64,000 bases of DNA from assembly GCA_047638775.1 (NCBI GenBank), contig JBLIMQ010000002.1, positions 60,697 to 124,696 of the forward strand, in the 5' to 3' direction. The notes beneath the pieces were generated by a model. It saw nothing but the letters and a program-made list of their open reading frames with translations. It searched no databases and was not told where the DNA came from. Source of the DNA: Flavobacteriales bacterium. Its GTDB lineage: Bacteria; Pseudomonadota; Gammaproteobacteria; Pseudomonadales; Cellvibrionaceae. Below, piece after piece: positions 44,601 to 50,792 of the stretch (its first letter is position 1; every line of letters starts with the position of its first letter). The position numbers were made by a program, and so were the translations under genes.

Positions 44601-47600
44601 ATCCTGGTGCGCACACTTTATCGATTGACTTAACACCTCTAGGCTTAGAACGCCCGCAACAACTATTTTCCCGTCCACTTTATGATCGGCAATAGCTGAT
44701 GAGGCAGGGTCAAAAGCGACCTTTATATTTTCTTTATTGATTAGAGTGAGAGAGAAAGCCGGCTCGTTATTCTGAGCGAAATTTTCTTCATTTGATTTTA
44801 CTATATTCGATTCCACATGGGAGTTTTCTTCTGGATATAGCCAATACTTATCACCAAAAAACTGATAAACCGGCAAACGTACTCGCCTAGGGTTATTGGA
44901 TTCAAATAACACCTGACAGTTAACGGCAGCACCACTGCGCCATGCTTCAGCTAACAATTCTAAGCTGCCACTTTTTAATGCGCTGGCGATAATTTTTTCG
45001 CCTTCGCTAGCTCTCAAAATCGAAGCCATCGGCCCGAGTGCAGGAGCCGGAGATTGTTTTAGGTATTCAAAGTACCGTTGGATCTGTTGAGCTAGTTGGT
45101 CTTTAGAATCGCATACAAAAGCCGCTCGACAATCCATAGTTTCACGAGTACTCGCAAGCGTGTAGGCTATATCCAACAATTCAGCAGCACTACCTTCAAG
45201 ATAGCGTAAAAATTCAGCCAGGTAAGATTCGAGAGACTCGATTTTTTTTGCCGAAAAAACTACCAATTGCTGTTGCGGCGCATGCACTCTGACTTTCTCT
45301 TTAGGAGCCGAATATTCCTCTAAGATCACGTGCCCGTTTGCACCACCAAAACCAAAACTACTAACACCAGCTCGCAAAGGATGATTCGAGGTCCAGGAAC
45401 ATAGCTTATCAACAATATAAAATGGGCTACCGAGTAAATCAATTTCAGGGTTAAGCTCACTGTAGTGAAGTGTCGCAGGTAGTTTCTTCTTCACCAAAGA
45501 CGATACGACCTTCATTACGCCAGCAATACCAGCAGCTCCTTCAAGGTGGCCAATATTACTTTTTATGGTCCCCAAACCACAACTATCTTTCGATACCGCC
45601 AAATTCTTATTCGCTTCAAATGCCATACGTAAACCCAGAACCTCAACTGGATCACCTAGGACCGTACCGGTTCCATGAGCCTCGATATAACTAATGGAGT
45701 TTGCACTACATTCGGCATCCGCTAATGCGCTTATGACAAGTGCCGCCTGCGCTTTGGGATTGGGCGCAGTCAGCGAAGTTCCTTGTCCGCCGTGATTGAC
45801 AGCAACCCCTTTAATTACAGCATAGATGGAATCACCATCTGCTTCAGCCTGCTTAACAGGCTTAAGCATAAATATTCCACCGCCCTCGCCGCGAACAAAA
45901 CCATTCGCAGCAGAATCAAATGTCGCACAGCGAGCGTCTTTTGATAAAATATTAGCTTTATCGTAAACCATTGAATTGGTAGGCGTACAAATCAGATTAA
46001 CCCCACCAACCAAGGCTTGCTTACATTCACCTCGACGGATTGCTTCAGCCGCTTCACGAATCGCCACGAGCGAACTTGAGCACGCCGTATCGATCATCAT
46101 GCTGGGGCCACTCAAATTGAAAAAATATGAGACTCTGTTTGCCAATAGCGAACTATTTGTACCTGTCGACACATAGGCTTGCTCGCGAAACTGCTCGTGC
46201 TTAGCAAGCTCTGCATAATCGAAGTGACAAGCTCCAATATATACGCCAGTATGCGAACCGCTTATTTCAGATGCTTTATATCCGGCATCCTCTATGGCTT
46301 GCCAAGCAAGCTGCATAATCATCCGCTGCTGCGGATCCATCAACTCAGCTTCTTTGGGGGATATCCTAAAGAAGTCGGCATCAAAGGTATCGATATCCCC
46401 AACAAAACCTGCCGATTTCAAATGAGATTTACTACCTTGAATATCAAGTGTACGCGGCCAATCCCAGCGTAAATTTTCTAGTTCAGAAATAGCACTTTTG
46501 CCACTCTCTAGTAGCGACCATAGAGCAGCTTGACTCCGAACTTCACCTGGAAAATCCAAAGCAAGACCAACAATGGCAATGTCTTTGTCGCGATAGTTAC
46601 TACCGGCTAAACCTGACGACTTAGCACTCGACGATTGACTACTATCAACTTCCGCCTCGCCGTCAACACCAGCTACGTTACCAGAAGCAAACTTATTATC
46701 TATTGAGCTGGAAGCGCTTTGACCTGATTCAGTCGTTGCCTTAACTGTATTCGTCTTAACTGCACTTGCCTTAACTGCACTTGTCTTATCTGGACTAAAA
46801 TTTAGATCACGAGCTTTAGTGTTACGGGCTTTACCACTGAGACCGTCAACAGGTGGCTTAAGTGAAACAATATGGTCGGCCAGAGAGTCTAAATTTGCGC
46901 ATTGAAAAAATATGGTGGTCGAAAGCTGAAGCTTTAACTTTTTATTAATTAAACTTCTCAGCTCAACTAGCTCTAACGAATCAAGGCCCAACTCCATTAT
47001 TGGAGCCGACAAATCAATTTTTATCTCGGCATTATCTTCCGCTAAGATATTCAAGAAGCCTTTCAAAATCTCAATACACTCAGGATGCCCCAACGTTGCG
47101 GCTGAATTACTAACGAACTCTACAGGCTCTAACTCAGCACCAGGATTAGTAACACCTAAGTCACGCCCTTGCCGATCAGAATTCACTGCATTGTCGTTTA
47201 TACCGACGAGATATATCGCGAGCTTTGCGACAGTTCCTTCAGAGAAAAATATACTCGTTTTCAATTTCACAGAAAAACGTTTATTGATAAGTGATTTAAG
47301 TTCTACTAACTCAAGAGAATCTAAACCAAGCTCCATTATAGGCGTATCGACATCGACAGGGATTTTGGCGTCCTCTGAAACCTGTCGAAGCAACACAAGA
47401 AGTTCACTCTCTACATTCGAGCAATCTACATTCGCATAGGTAGTACTTTCACTACCAACTCCAGGGCTTGATTCGCTCATATGCCCCTGTTGTGCCATTT
47501 CCAGAGTGCTCTCGCCTATTTTTTGGCACAGCATGATACTTTGCCAGCTATCCTCCATGGTGGATAACGAAGGATCCCCGTAGGCTGAAATCGCTGTAAA

Positions 47601-50600
47601 ACCACACTGCTCTGCGATACCACTCCACTGCCCAACAGAAAGCAAACAGCTATTAGGCAAACGCAATTCTGGATCTTTATATATCCATAAACCGTGCAAT
47701 AGACCGCCAGAAAACAAGAGCATATCCTTGATGCGAGTATACTCATTCATGAGAAGAATACCGCTAGGCTTAAGGAGCCTATTGATCCAACCTAGGGTGT
47801 TATTAATCACATCAGTATCGTGTAATACGTTAAATGCAAAGGCAACATCGAAGCTCTTTAAATCAAACCCTTGCTCAGCCGGATTCTTACTAATATCTAA
47901 CTTAGCGTATTTAACCCAAGGATACTTAGCGGCAAAACGCTCACGCCCATATCGGGTAAATGAAGACGAAATATCCGTATAATAAAAGCATACATTATCG
48001 GCGTATGGCTCCAGACTATTTAATACAAACTCCGTAGCGCCACCGGTTCCCGAACCAATCTCAAGAATATTAAATTGTGAGTTGTCACCGCTCAGACGCT
48101 TAGCTTTTAAAGCGTTAACAATCGCCTCGCCGGTGAGGTTGTGATAGAAATCAGCAAGCGGATTCCCTTTAAATATTTTAGCAAACAACTCCATTGAACC
48201 GTCTTTGAATACGACATCGTTCGACGCTACACGGCCGGTCAATACATCTCCGTAGGACTTCAGGCACGGCTTTGTCAACTCCCAAAAGGCGACAATATGT
48301 GCGTAAGATTCATTCAATGTTTGTTCAAATTCCGCTGCTTGACAGTCAAAATCGCTAAGGCTGTAGCCCTCTATCTCTGCCAGCGCTACGTACACTTCAC
48401 CGTGAATAGCAAGAACACCACGCTGTGACAGCATATGCAGAAGCGCTTTAAATAGACGCTTATACTTATCAATCACACCAACGCCGGACATCAAATTTTC
48501 GAGAGAATACTGCTGACCTGCCAACGTAAAATGACCGGTTTTCTGAATTATTTGTAACAGCCTCCTGGTAGCAAACTCGGCAACCAACATTTCGGCTTCA
48601 ATCGTTCTCTCGGCATCAGCATGAGGAAAACTGCTCTCGAAACGCTCACTAGAATTTTTTATAAGTGGGTACACGTCACTCGCATAGACTCTTCTGTTTT
48701 CGATTAGTGAGGCACATAGCTCGAGCCCAACAACTTGCTCAACACCGCTTTTCAATCGGCTGTTATAATCTACGTATTGAGCGAACTCTTGTAATAGAGC
48801 CTTTTCAACACCCGGAGCAGAAAGAAAAGAAACTAGCGAAATAACAGCCCCATCTTTAGTAGATTGCAGCTCTTGCCCGCCCAACACGTTCTGACCCGCA
48901 CGAACAGTAAAGCATGCAGCGATAAGTTTTCCGTTTCGTATACACACATATTGATCTTGTGGCGAACGGAGGATTAGATTACTACAGTATTCCTCAGTTA
49001 AAGAGTCATCTTGCGACACGTGCACTTGGTTAAGTAGCTCGCGAATAGACGAAAGATCATCTGGGTGAGCATAACGAACACTGTAAGAACGCGGCTGGAG
49101 AAGATTCAAAGTTATGCGCTTAAACGGCATTACCTTTGAGTAATAGCGACAATGCTTCACATCGGGCAATAAGCCACCTTCAGCAGCCGCTATTGAAAAA
49201 TGCTCTGCAAAGACTAGATGCTGTTTTGAAAAGGCATGGTAAGCATCAAAATGTAGGCTTTCACATTCGTCCATATACTCACCTGCAATGGCAGGCGGAA
49301 CACTGTGAACCTCAAGTATTAATAAACCATGACGAGTTTGAGTCTTACCCCATCGCCCCAAATGCTCGGATAAACTTTGCGCTGCCACTTCGGGAGTAAT
49401 TTGCTCACCAGAGGATTCAACACCAACAATCTCCCAAGGAATATGCTTTTTATTTTTAGCAGCCGATATATTCTCTGGTTGTTTGAACGGACGATCATGA
49501 TCTAAGAACGAGCGAACATGTAAAATATCTTCTAGACTAGTGACTACCTTTTCCAAGTCCAGCTCAAGTTGCTCTGGATCACCAATATCGCCATGAATGG
49601 TAATATGCGGAAGCCCTTTAAGGTTTAAAGCGGTCGCCTCAAGCGCCTTATCGTTGAAGTCGGCTCCAATTAGAGTTAGTGGCGCCAACTCAAGATTCTT
49701 ACCTCTTACCGTTTTATCACGGACAATTTCGTATAGTTTTTTCAATAACGAACCGTCACCACAGCCCATATCAGCGACATAATTTGGTTGATCACTAAAC
49801 TGCTCGTTATCAAAAATAGATAAGATGATTTTCTCTATATCTTTGAAATATTTTTCGTGTTGAAAACCACTTGCGACAACATTCAAGGTTCGTTCGATAT
49901 GATTTTCGTGGCCGGTTATCTCGTCACGAGTAAATACTTGATTAGGATTACCGTAAAGCAGCGCATCCATTTGGCTTAGCATTGGCGCATACGACATCAC
50001 CGTGCCAGCATTCATAATGCGATCAATAAGGTAAGCACCCGCACCATTTAACTGAAACAATCCCAGCTCGTATTCACCCCACGCTTTCTTTACAAACAAT
50101 TGACCAATTGTGTCAGCAAGATTACCCGAAATTGAAGACATATCGATCACTTTGCCATCGCCAGAAAGATAACCGCCCTCCCTCAGATCCAGCAATAACG
50201 GAATCATTAGCATGCCATCTACAAAATCACTGATTACATCATCTTGGTAGCCCCAATTTAATTGCGATTGATTACACCAATCAATAATTTTCATTTCCAG
50301 CTCTGACCGTTTTAAACAACCAGGTTTAGCCAAAACCAACATATCAACAATGGCAACTCGTACGCCCTGCAATCGTGGGCTGTTACTAATCAACCATCGA
50401 TCTTGGGCTTTATTACTCGCAATCAGATCCATAGAATTTAGCGCACGCAAAGCAACAGCTAAATTTCCACCATTCAGACCAAACTCAGTAAAATTCTTCA
50501 ATGAACGATATTTACCGTCATTAAACTCTGTAAAAAAATTATTATTTTTGAGCGTGTAAATCGCCGGCAATACAATATAACCGTGGCAATAGCGATTAAT

Positions 50601-50612
50601 TAGATCAAGCAT
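26619..50612 (-). CDS. Giant trans-AT PKS/NRPS-like megasynthase (~8,000 aa): MT1-pseudoGNAT-MT2-ACP-ACP-KS-DH-KR-ACP-KS-DH-KR-ACP-KS-KR-ACP-ACP-DUF2156-PLP lyase(SH)-KS-PCP-E/C-like
   Basis: Four KS with C/HGTGT/H triads (DTACSSS, DTMCSSS, DTACSSS, NSACSSS), three KR GxGxxG motifs, six GxDS ACPs and one GGHS PCP; no in-cis AT. Likely start is ATG 50612 with a GGAG RBS (ORF track uses TTG 50624). Confidence 0.95.
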   Translation of the reverse strand: MLDLINRYCHGYIVLPAIYTLKNNNFFTEFNDGKYRSLKNFTEFGLNGGNLAVALRALNSMDLIASNKAQDRWLISNSPRLQGVRVAIVDMLVLAKPGCLKRSELEMKIIDWCNQSQLNWGYQDDVISDFVDGMLMIPLLLDLREGGYLSGDGKVIDMSSISGNLADTIGQLFVKKAWGEYELGLFQLNGAGAYLIDRIMNAGTVMSYAPMLSQMDALLYGNPNQVFTRDEITGHENHIERTLNVVASGFQHEKYFKDIEKIILSIFDNEQFSDQPNYVADMGCGDGSLLKKLYEIVRDKTVRGKNLELAPLTLIGADFNDKALEATALNLKGLPHITIHGDIGDPEQLELDLEKVVTSLEDILHVRSFLDHDRPFKQPENISAAKNKKHIPWEIVGVESSGEQITPEVAAQSLSEHLGRWGKTQTRHGLLILEVHSVPPAIAGEYMDECESLHFDAYHAFSKQHLVFAEHFSIAAAEGGLLPDVKHCRYYSKVMPFKRITLNLLQPRSYSVRYAHPDDLSSIRELLNQVHVSQDDSLTEEYCSNLILRSPQDQYVCIRNGKLIAACFTVRAGQNVLGGQELQSTKDGAVISLVSFLSAPGVEKALLQEFAQYVDYNSRLKSGVEQVVGLELCASLIENRRVYASDVYPLIKNSSERFESSFPHADAERTIEAEMLVAEFATRRLLQIIQKTGHFTLAGQQYSLENLMSGVGVIDKYKRLFKALLHMLSQRGVLAIHGEVYVALAEIEGYSLSDFDCQAAEFEQTLNESYAHIVAFWELTKPCLKSYGDVLTGRVASNDVVFKDGSMELFAKIFKGNPLADFYHNLTGEAIVNALKAKRLSGDNSQFNILEIGSGTGGATEFVLNSLEPYADNVCFYYTDISSSFTRYGRERFAAKYPWVKYAKLDISKNPAEQGFDLKSFDVAFAFNVLHDTDVINNTLGWINRLLKPSGILLMNEYTRIKDMLLFSGGLLHGLWIYKDPELRLPNSCLLSVGQWSGIAEQCGFTAISAYGDPSLSTMEDSWQSIMLCQKIGESTLEMAQQGHMSESSPGVGSESTTYANVDCSNVESELLVLLRQVSEDAKIPVDVDTPIMELGLDSLELVELKSLINKRFSVKLKTSIFFSEGTVAKLAIYLVGINDNAVNSDRQGRDLGVTNPGAELEPVEFVSNSAATLGHPECIEILKGFLNILAEDNAEIKIDLSAPIMELGLDSLELVELRSLINKKLKLQLSTTIFFQCANLDSLADHIVSLKPPVDGLSGKARNTKARDLNFSPDKTSAVKASAVKTNTVKATTESGQSASSSIDNKFASGNVAGVDGEAEVDSSQSSSAKSSGLAGSNYRDKDIAIVGLALDFPGEVRSQAALWSLLESGKSAISELENLRWDWPRTLDIQGSKSHLKSAGFVGDIDTFDADFFRISPKEAELMDPQQRMIMQLAWQAIEDAGYKASEISGSHTGVYIGACHFDYAELAKHEQFREQAYVSTGTNSSLLANRVSYFFNLSGPSMMIDTACSSSLVAIREAAEAIRRGECKQALVGGVNLICTPTNSMVYDKANILSKDARCATFDSAANGFVRGEGGGIFMLKPVKQAEADGDSIYAVIKGVAVNHGGQGTSLTAPNPKAQAALVISALADAECSANSISYIEAHGTGTVLGDPVEVLGLRMAFEANKNLAVSKDSCGLGTIKSNIGHLEGAAGIAGVMKVVSSLVKKKLPATLHYSELNPEIDLLGSPFYIVDKLCSWTSNHPLRAGVSSFGFGGANGHVILEEYSAPKEKVRVHAPQQQLVVFSAKKIESLESYLAEFLRYLEGSAAELLDIAYTLASTRETMDCRAAFVCDSKDQLAQQIQRYFEYLKQSPAPALGPMASILRASEGEKIIASALKSGSLELLAEAWRSGAAVNCQVLFESNNPRRVRLPVYQFFGDKYWLYPEENSHVESNIVKSNEENFAQNNEPAFSLTLINKENIKVAFDPASSAIADHKVDGKIVVAGVLSLEVLSQSIKCAHQDLICSLVDVIWRDAIVITNESNSFDIAIVVASSTEFSLEMSGIGSDGNRKVYVRATAQSKEALVINPIQGVSILKQSLTLKVDGAESVETFYRSLNKLGVEHGPFYRCVESIWASGDTILSALSALPIDAKAAVYYGLHPAIADAALQSISGIVSEKESTVLIPFSLESVDVLGGVASAKYSLATRVSPECYDFCLLTGDGVVVALIKGLKFRRLVPKDPKQLIHKIEWSEDTALMTSEFTKGASADGVLCLSAGMSHGFKQTLQLSGFTNCIELDGQAEVSLLQKLIQHSLLRCGPIDAVRIFISNEIEQPSELFFTLIKAFSLSFSKVEYLDITIVSVNAQSVIDSDPVCSRASGLAAMVRTLACEFKSWSLRNIDVELKDLECVKLESMLSDFINSMGRQDGLVTAYRKGMLFRPQLKSIKNLTTVKPIYKHGGVYVIVGGAGDVGCLLSRYIVENYQAQVVWLGRRELDDDIRSKQSKVGEYGFKPKYIQVDILDLINIKNVVERVKEEFPVVSGVFHSAANVCDRLAVNMSLSEFKQVQDVKVEGSRNLVLAFQRENLDFLCLFSSIRSEFGAAGQCNYASACGFQNGLSQELLNNSHFPVFSIAWGLWGELGLAKGKASELARQGLLPLQEDDCFKALEALIYSGQMQALVVNATPEYLKSYGIDNVKINNIKIDNAHQEVSKDLTFSGEKKTILELAEQYLVDLIARSLKMMPERVFLAKDFEAYGIDSMMVIELTESLEKTLGKLPKTLFFEHRNIHQLAGYLASKHSAIISGLAELSDSEKERHNLPAKRQSLSVDAVDLDAENLNLSVEPPKPHAEIPSSIVGAPSFIAEAPSSSESKNSRNKIPPGQSRNKVDSYAKASSQEQNPGDNGDVAIIGVSGRYPQAKNLDEYWDNLKEGRDCITEVPESRWDAKTLYDQGKINTKWGGFIADADKFDPLFFNISPREAEHIDPQERLFLEVVWETMEDAGYTRDRIKANSEKKYGANVGVYVGVMYEEYKFFGVEKSLNGDQLSLSGHPASIANRVSYHCDFRGPSMAVDTMCSSSLTAIHIACKSIRDGECDYAFAGGVNLNLHADKYIYLNQGQFSSTDGRCRSFGEGGDGFVPSEGVGAVLLKPLAKAIADGDQIYAVIKGSAINHGGKTNGYTVPDPVAQGELIEDAFARSTASIENLSYVETHGTGTPLGDPIELAGLNKALASRKSELPCSIGSVKSNIGHCESAAGIAALTKVLLQLKHKQLVPSLHSKTLNNNCDFSNGNLRVQQELSDWAVEDESPRLAGVSSFGAGGANAHLIVEEFRPINEFINLKSLPDKRIVPILLSARNEDRLKVYATTLLTAITNIKFDVVSHGTDDFRLLQDIAFTLCQGREPLHSRLAICVTSIRSLIDALGDFLASNVNAGSTRTGRIENLVEAKEEALRDEELQESIRASLQTDNVEALVDAWLVGAEVSWKVVFARGEYSGRVLSLPVYPFQKTRYWVDLQAVDSNKILDANTSEIVSMSAGGINTLLHKNVSTFSNQRFESKFTGTESVFLHHKVGDRCLLSGTAFISMVYSAARCSFDQFASLKISDLLFVEPIYADTISDGTVELSLHDSSGDVRYELVSNTTNRGKRLHSEGDLSFLTELSDADADHIDLVSIRARCSQSVEHQDIYQKFSSLGFFYGPSYSCLRTVWYSDSEILARIEGHDSAGMLDSGMLDPGMFDSALQSLIVMLDNEFDNKHYIPFSIDCVSIHEELPQTLYSYASYKGSLNPTNTDFVCFDVCMCDEHGKVLVRADNVVYRQLEKTSSVPSLSDELGINQVQSRCVVPTWKNHPLDLNENTLSGPILIFSNDERRLDEIANAFSLATTTNHVRAVLIDNASMRSNTRFSVGDGINIPRESGSTIVDFKNIFSKMVAAGASPKNIVFDLNYKQKLFEFNSAPYVAVDNLCRALTQSELVQPLRLICASQMKSHSLSPANSAILSYLYVLNNEHSKIQCRYVAYESDSSFASSLVDECRDDSSIIGVRYTKENSRYSRDFFTASPLVVDEVRNSPNIFKSGGVYIIAGGAGGIGEVVARYLSERYGAILILVGRSVFDSQKKSLVNGVAQLGGKAEYYQCDISCGEDVDVLIQTVVQKYSSLNGVIHCAGVAKTRLIKDKVEGDGASILSPKTVGLAQLDRATAQLELDLFVTFSSSSVLFGDGGLSDYAYANAYMDSAMELRAQLVDQGFRSGKSLSINWPYWSDGGMRIDPQQESMLFDLYGLKSLSTREALEDFECCLKLNNANIAVLPGDYEKIYRNITGLTVEVKTSKASVTREPHVDAAAVPSESILPGVRNKLTFIVQDLLKLTAGEVSVKEELKNYGFDSVTFAQLANSINTEWMLSINPTVFFEYHTLSDLSEYLVAEYPLVFQATYEIAETSIHGDALSRSDDLSLSDTVTHGESADLQYESNSSQSTPTLSAPERVTSAVKSPAVDVSNDERKALHDDDPIAIVGISGVMPQSSNLDAFWENLLAGRNLISEVPEERWLWSDVYGDAQADAAKTNSKWGGFVPDFDNFDPAFFNLSVAEVEVMDPQHRLFLQEAWRAIEDAGYAPSSLSGKKIAVYVGLQFQEYQALMQRDSGKMTAHMATGNAHSVLPNRVSYLLNLRGPSEAIDTACSSSLVAIHRAVKSIQSGEVDGAIAGGVSLALSPDTFVLTSQMGAFSSDGQCKTFDKSANGYVKGEGVGAIVLKRLSAAEADGDSIYGLIKASSINHGGKSQSLTAPSANSQAELLVDVYRQANIDPSTVDYIETHGTGTELGDPIEIQGLKKAFNTLYEDRHDSANPSTEKVALQQHIGLGAVKTNTGHLEPAAGMAGLFKILLSLKNNVIPKNLNFSEQNPYIDLGDSPFYLLNKATPWAPKRDRFNVVLPRRAGLSSFGFGGVNAHLIIEDYSGHKRSSNNQTMSRAEGVSSVFLVSAKTETALARMISNLRDYLVENGPSLDLKSLAFTLQCGREAMKYRYVAMAESYDELLRELSFQLNGLVTTDKSLNSLDVKSLAEFVHSSTRMKDQLKLNVSSWMKLESVSWIDLYSTPLPVKLNLPSYSFDKNSYWFKARLASEKKTYAIGNTISTPSAILVAQDLGKVSPIDVNSMGNAPVDLKRASSKPILYKPVTHNSISDVSVLQSATELKLAEQTWSFASKVDTKYRPKLLSETVLIVSGDREFVQKFRDEDPKLNIVWIGLNSSQVISGVKLIKVDDSSDFNDIDTAFSLLGVEGAYIDSPTQGQVDTLVIDVKGLKWNKKIVKNRSVHDVVKQAVFVVQSSIKYLTLKKLNVVFVHTKKLGDIQAQIIALSGFAQCLDLEDDRIRSRVVTIETEDKESKLVADRKYNAIAQELNERHVLESCYRNDERWVLSSHELKLEPEAISRSQLAENGVYLITGGLGGLGKIFCRHILNSTDKVTIILMGRREINDTDLLELTSISNKSKILYLQGDVARLSDVRRIIKTIREDFGPLNGIIHCAGAIRDNYVIKHQLSEIEEIVSAKIYGAINLDDVTKLDDLDFMMFCSSLSAIKGNEGQSVYAYSNRFLDAFSLFRNQQRQRNLRKGNAVSVNWPYWRDGGMNVSDEAVKAMVSERGIYPLSTKDGLMVFDYSLSAGSNNIVPVAPGSSAVESNVTQLEVSQRNDIPLDNLTHIENDIVSSGDLGAEMFSEQLDVSIEKNMELESISSSEPDLRMFCLQYLKERIVGILKSDIDNDGSFDESGVDSFLSIKILNSLEKDFGKLRKTLLFEYFTITMLCEYFVSNHADILERMDEFQSLSSVVASTKGAIPKGGSVKNGGAEEPKVTKESDPRLPAHSTNVVNETRVDPLEIKAVKSQFVKPLEELSLSESVSDLSDDVVFEKTLEYLINVVSKALKSNISATDSFDDVGVDSFLSIALLRELEQTFGKLRKTLLFEFFSPQKLTQYFVDEHAEVLKDLFSVTLSSELSEPEVELENNQAFDFVIIPEVELTAQVELSKVYENITRQFSNEGTVARAASIMTPLVFFSTSRLSLFRLKIRDSLILAWPYLGPESEFESSVLELTAYAKSQGADLHFLSTSVLSLVGDVTFSSTPFGALQKIENISEFSLAGKSMRRLRYAIQKVERSGENEVREYRVGTNSETDSSIVNMIDRWCEIKTQINPCVDDLKLDVSRGILADQHRVFLSYKDSTLINVILITKMSGGYLMDMEFYPKDAVYGGLEYSISEIIKLLASEGCSVFSLGGTYGPEIVISDNADEGVRSILNHLRETGDFSQGNLQFKNKFRTVNTPIYLCKPAGGDPTNVTALLMMIADPLDNHGGRQTLPSSMAIPPVDIARHVNSNVTVDLIQPPIAADNSKSVWPDKLQRKRELEQAGFNPCLFDASSIEFDAYTDSWAQLDTAYIQAHTTVISEAVCEYSDVELNECLQQIFGFKHFVLTQSGRSAETVLASSWIGERGDVIQNLLFPTWIFNQIDNGFNPIEMPLDEVFNANSIVLFRGGIDLDALSVELAKRSSRPSMLCLELGNNASGGHPISMSQLKNVRSLADKYEIPLLLDVTRIVDNAEFIRRNETGFDTQGLLDIVKSLCDCADYLSGSFAKNFCLPFGGFIAMRSQKQFQASSVVAKEHEVLMNSEQRAQLLKSVSNTHYFQKLVVARVDAVETVWQELFKNDFPVLAPAGGHCVLLDLSRLNGFSQMKYAIPSFMAWLYQETGIRVGQHNAGMQKNTILNRVIRIAVPVGLSNGDVLEFTRRLVDALARADSTFELKLLEKPENSFGYMKAKFALRDLTAGTYSSQAATPKLKPASSEFGKQTSAKITPSSSSHSDSSNEVGESNNAREEKSLSDDAIAVVGISGRYPKAKDIFEYWDNLQAGIDCVTDMPKRRRELCFDSSNSDTLWGGYLDDVDKFDANFFNVSEADACDIDPQERLFLETAWHAIENAGYHPDSLIETLGTNEIGVYVGVVWSQYHMLSLDGLSSSRLATQYGVANRVSAFMNFTGPSFTLNSACSSSLSALQQACDGLKNQQCRAAVVGGVNLDLHSSKQDALIQSKSLAAGGRCRSFANDADGYVTGEGVGAVVLKTVAQAKKDKDTIYGIIRAVETNHAGHSSGYGVPNPSAQTSVINKALASAELKPESISYVEAHGTGTKLGDSIEFLALTNALGPKGRLDNRSCAIGSVKSNVGHLEAAAGIASLTKSLLQLHHETLVPSLHADELNEYIDLEESHLRLQRELSPWRRHKCDGIEMPLRCGISAFGDGGSNAHVILEEYRDDVRLRDRRTGKIFLLPFSASTEEGLLGGAKVLHHHLLNNTNLDIADISYTLQRGRKLWSKRILFFVESLNDLVEQLSSYCDNPEAYLDPSIATYSGQDYAWGTEVDTAQCVSDYLAKSNVEWPNPDAGDRVRRIGLPGSVFNDSRYWVNTVFPAHTGSLSTLSPSLLSNRVAPSNTMEEALCEIWQDLLGIDELGITDNFFGLGGHSLLALTLVSRISTKWGVAFGVPELFGAQTIRELAVLIESRRDSSIGVDEIDDQMVSGIFPLSLVQYWFFDSEQHKKSHWVNSTHLAIDKTLSVNDIQSAVNLMLTYHDGLRMKFFEGIALSSEYHSWRSCFSKDIDADMFSFLDVSTCDVFTRQRQMVSSLVEAYNQVNSLGSQLCRFILIDEGDELTYRFAMVFHHLVIDGSSQQLFIEGFGNILKSMSAQNPILFPEKTSSPKDYASEVNRVWHEQSRDVELEQRWRDYSWDGVTCLPRDFSTGVNDAESSREKVLIFSELETRTLIKDVAQRTNATILDIMVWGLSRVLNRWNNDNCFQFSLMDAGRENPEINDQVDLTGMIGWLSRVNRYVIQNDLCGTNADNELKSVSDQLNRDKNSASKLHDFLMSSDEILTESGLIGRAKECEIMLNFLGVKDSYEKDGSLIKGLDPINMSQIQRDTDADKAQLKVGEIQQLRGSVLDVQAYIENDLLTIKLMYSKNLHTESTITRLIDYYYAALSELIGGPSNGTLDGHADGLSKA
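30290..32700 (-). other. Embedded DUF2156 (MprF-like) + PLP beta-eliminating lyase didomain (LnmJ DUF-SH type)
   Basis: FSLAGKSMRRLRYAI (DUF2156-like). YTDSW, SGRSAE, DVTRIVDNA, SFAK, GGHCV, RIAVP parallel the tryptophanase/tyrosine phenol-lyase motifs LTDS, QGRGAE, D..RF.ENA, S.KK, GGHAV, RL.IP. Confidence 0.8.
47520..50612 (-). other. AprA/BryX-type loading tridomain MT1-pseudoGNAT-MT2
   Basis: MT1: DMGCGDG, HVRSFLDHDR, HAFSKQ. MT2: LEIGSGTG, NVLH...E(+26). A GNAT-like segment (VRYAHPDDL) lies between them. Confidence 0.85.
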
Positions 50613-50792
50613 CCATAACTCCAAAATCTTCTGGCATTCAAGAAAATAGTTTAATTATCTTCATATTAATTTAACGCAAAAACCGACAAGACAAAAATCA
50701 GGTCGGCTTTCGGCTTCCTAAGGGACGTATTTATAATTACATCTTCGTCCACAACTTAGCCACACCACAGCATGACATTTATTCCAATTCCG

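Noticed and set aside
27256-50559. Numerous short ORFs within the PKS and other genes
   Set aside because: They are antisense or off-frame shadows of long, motif-rich CDSs.
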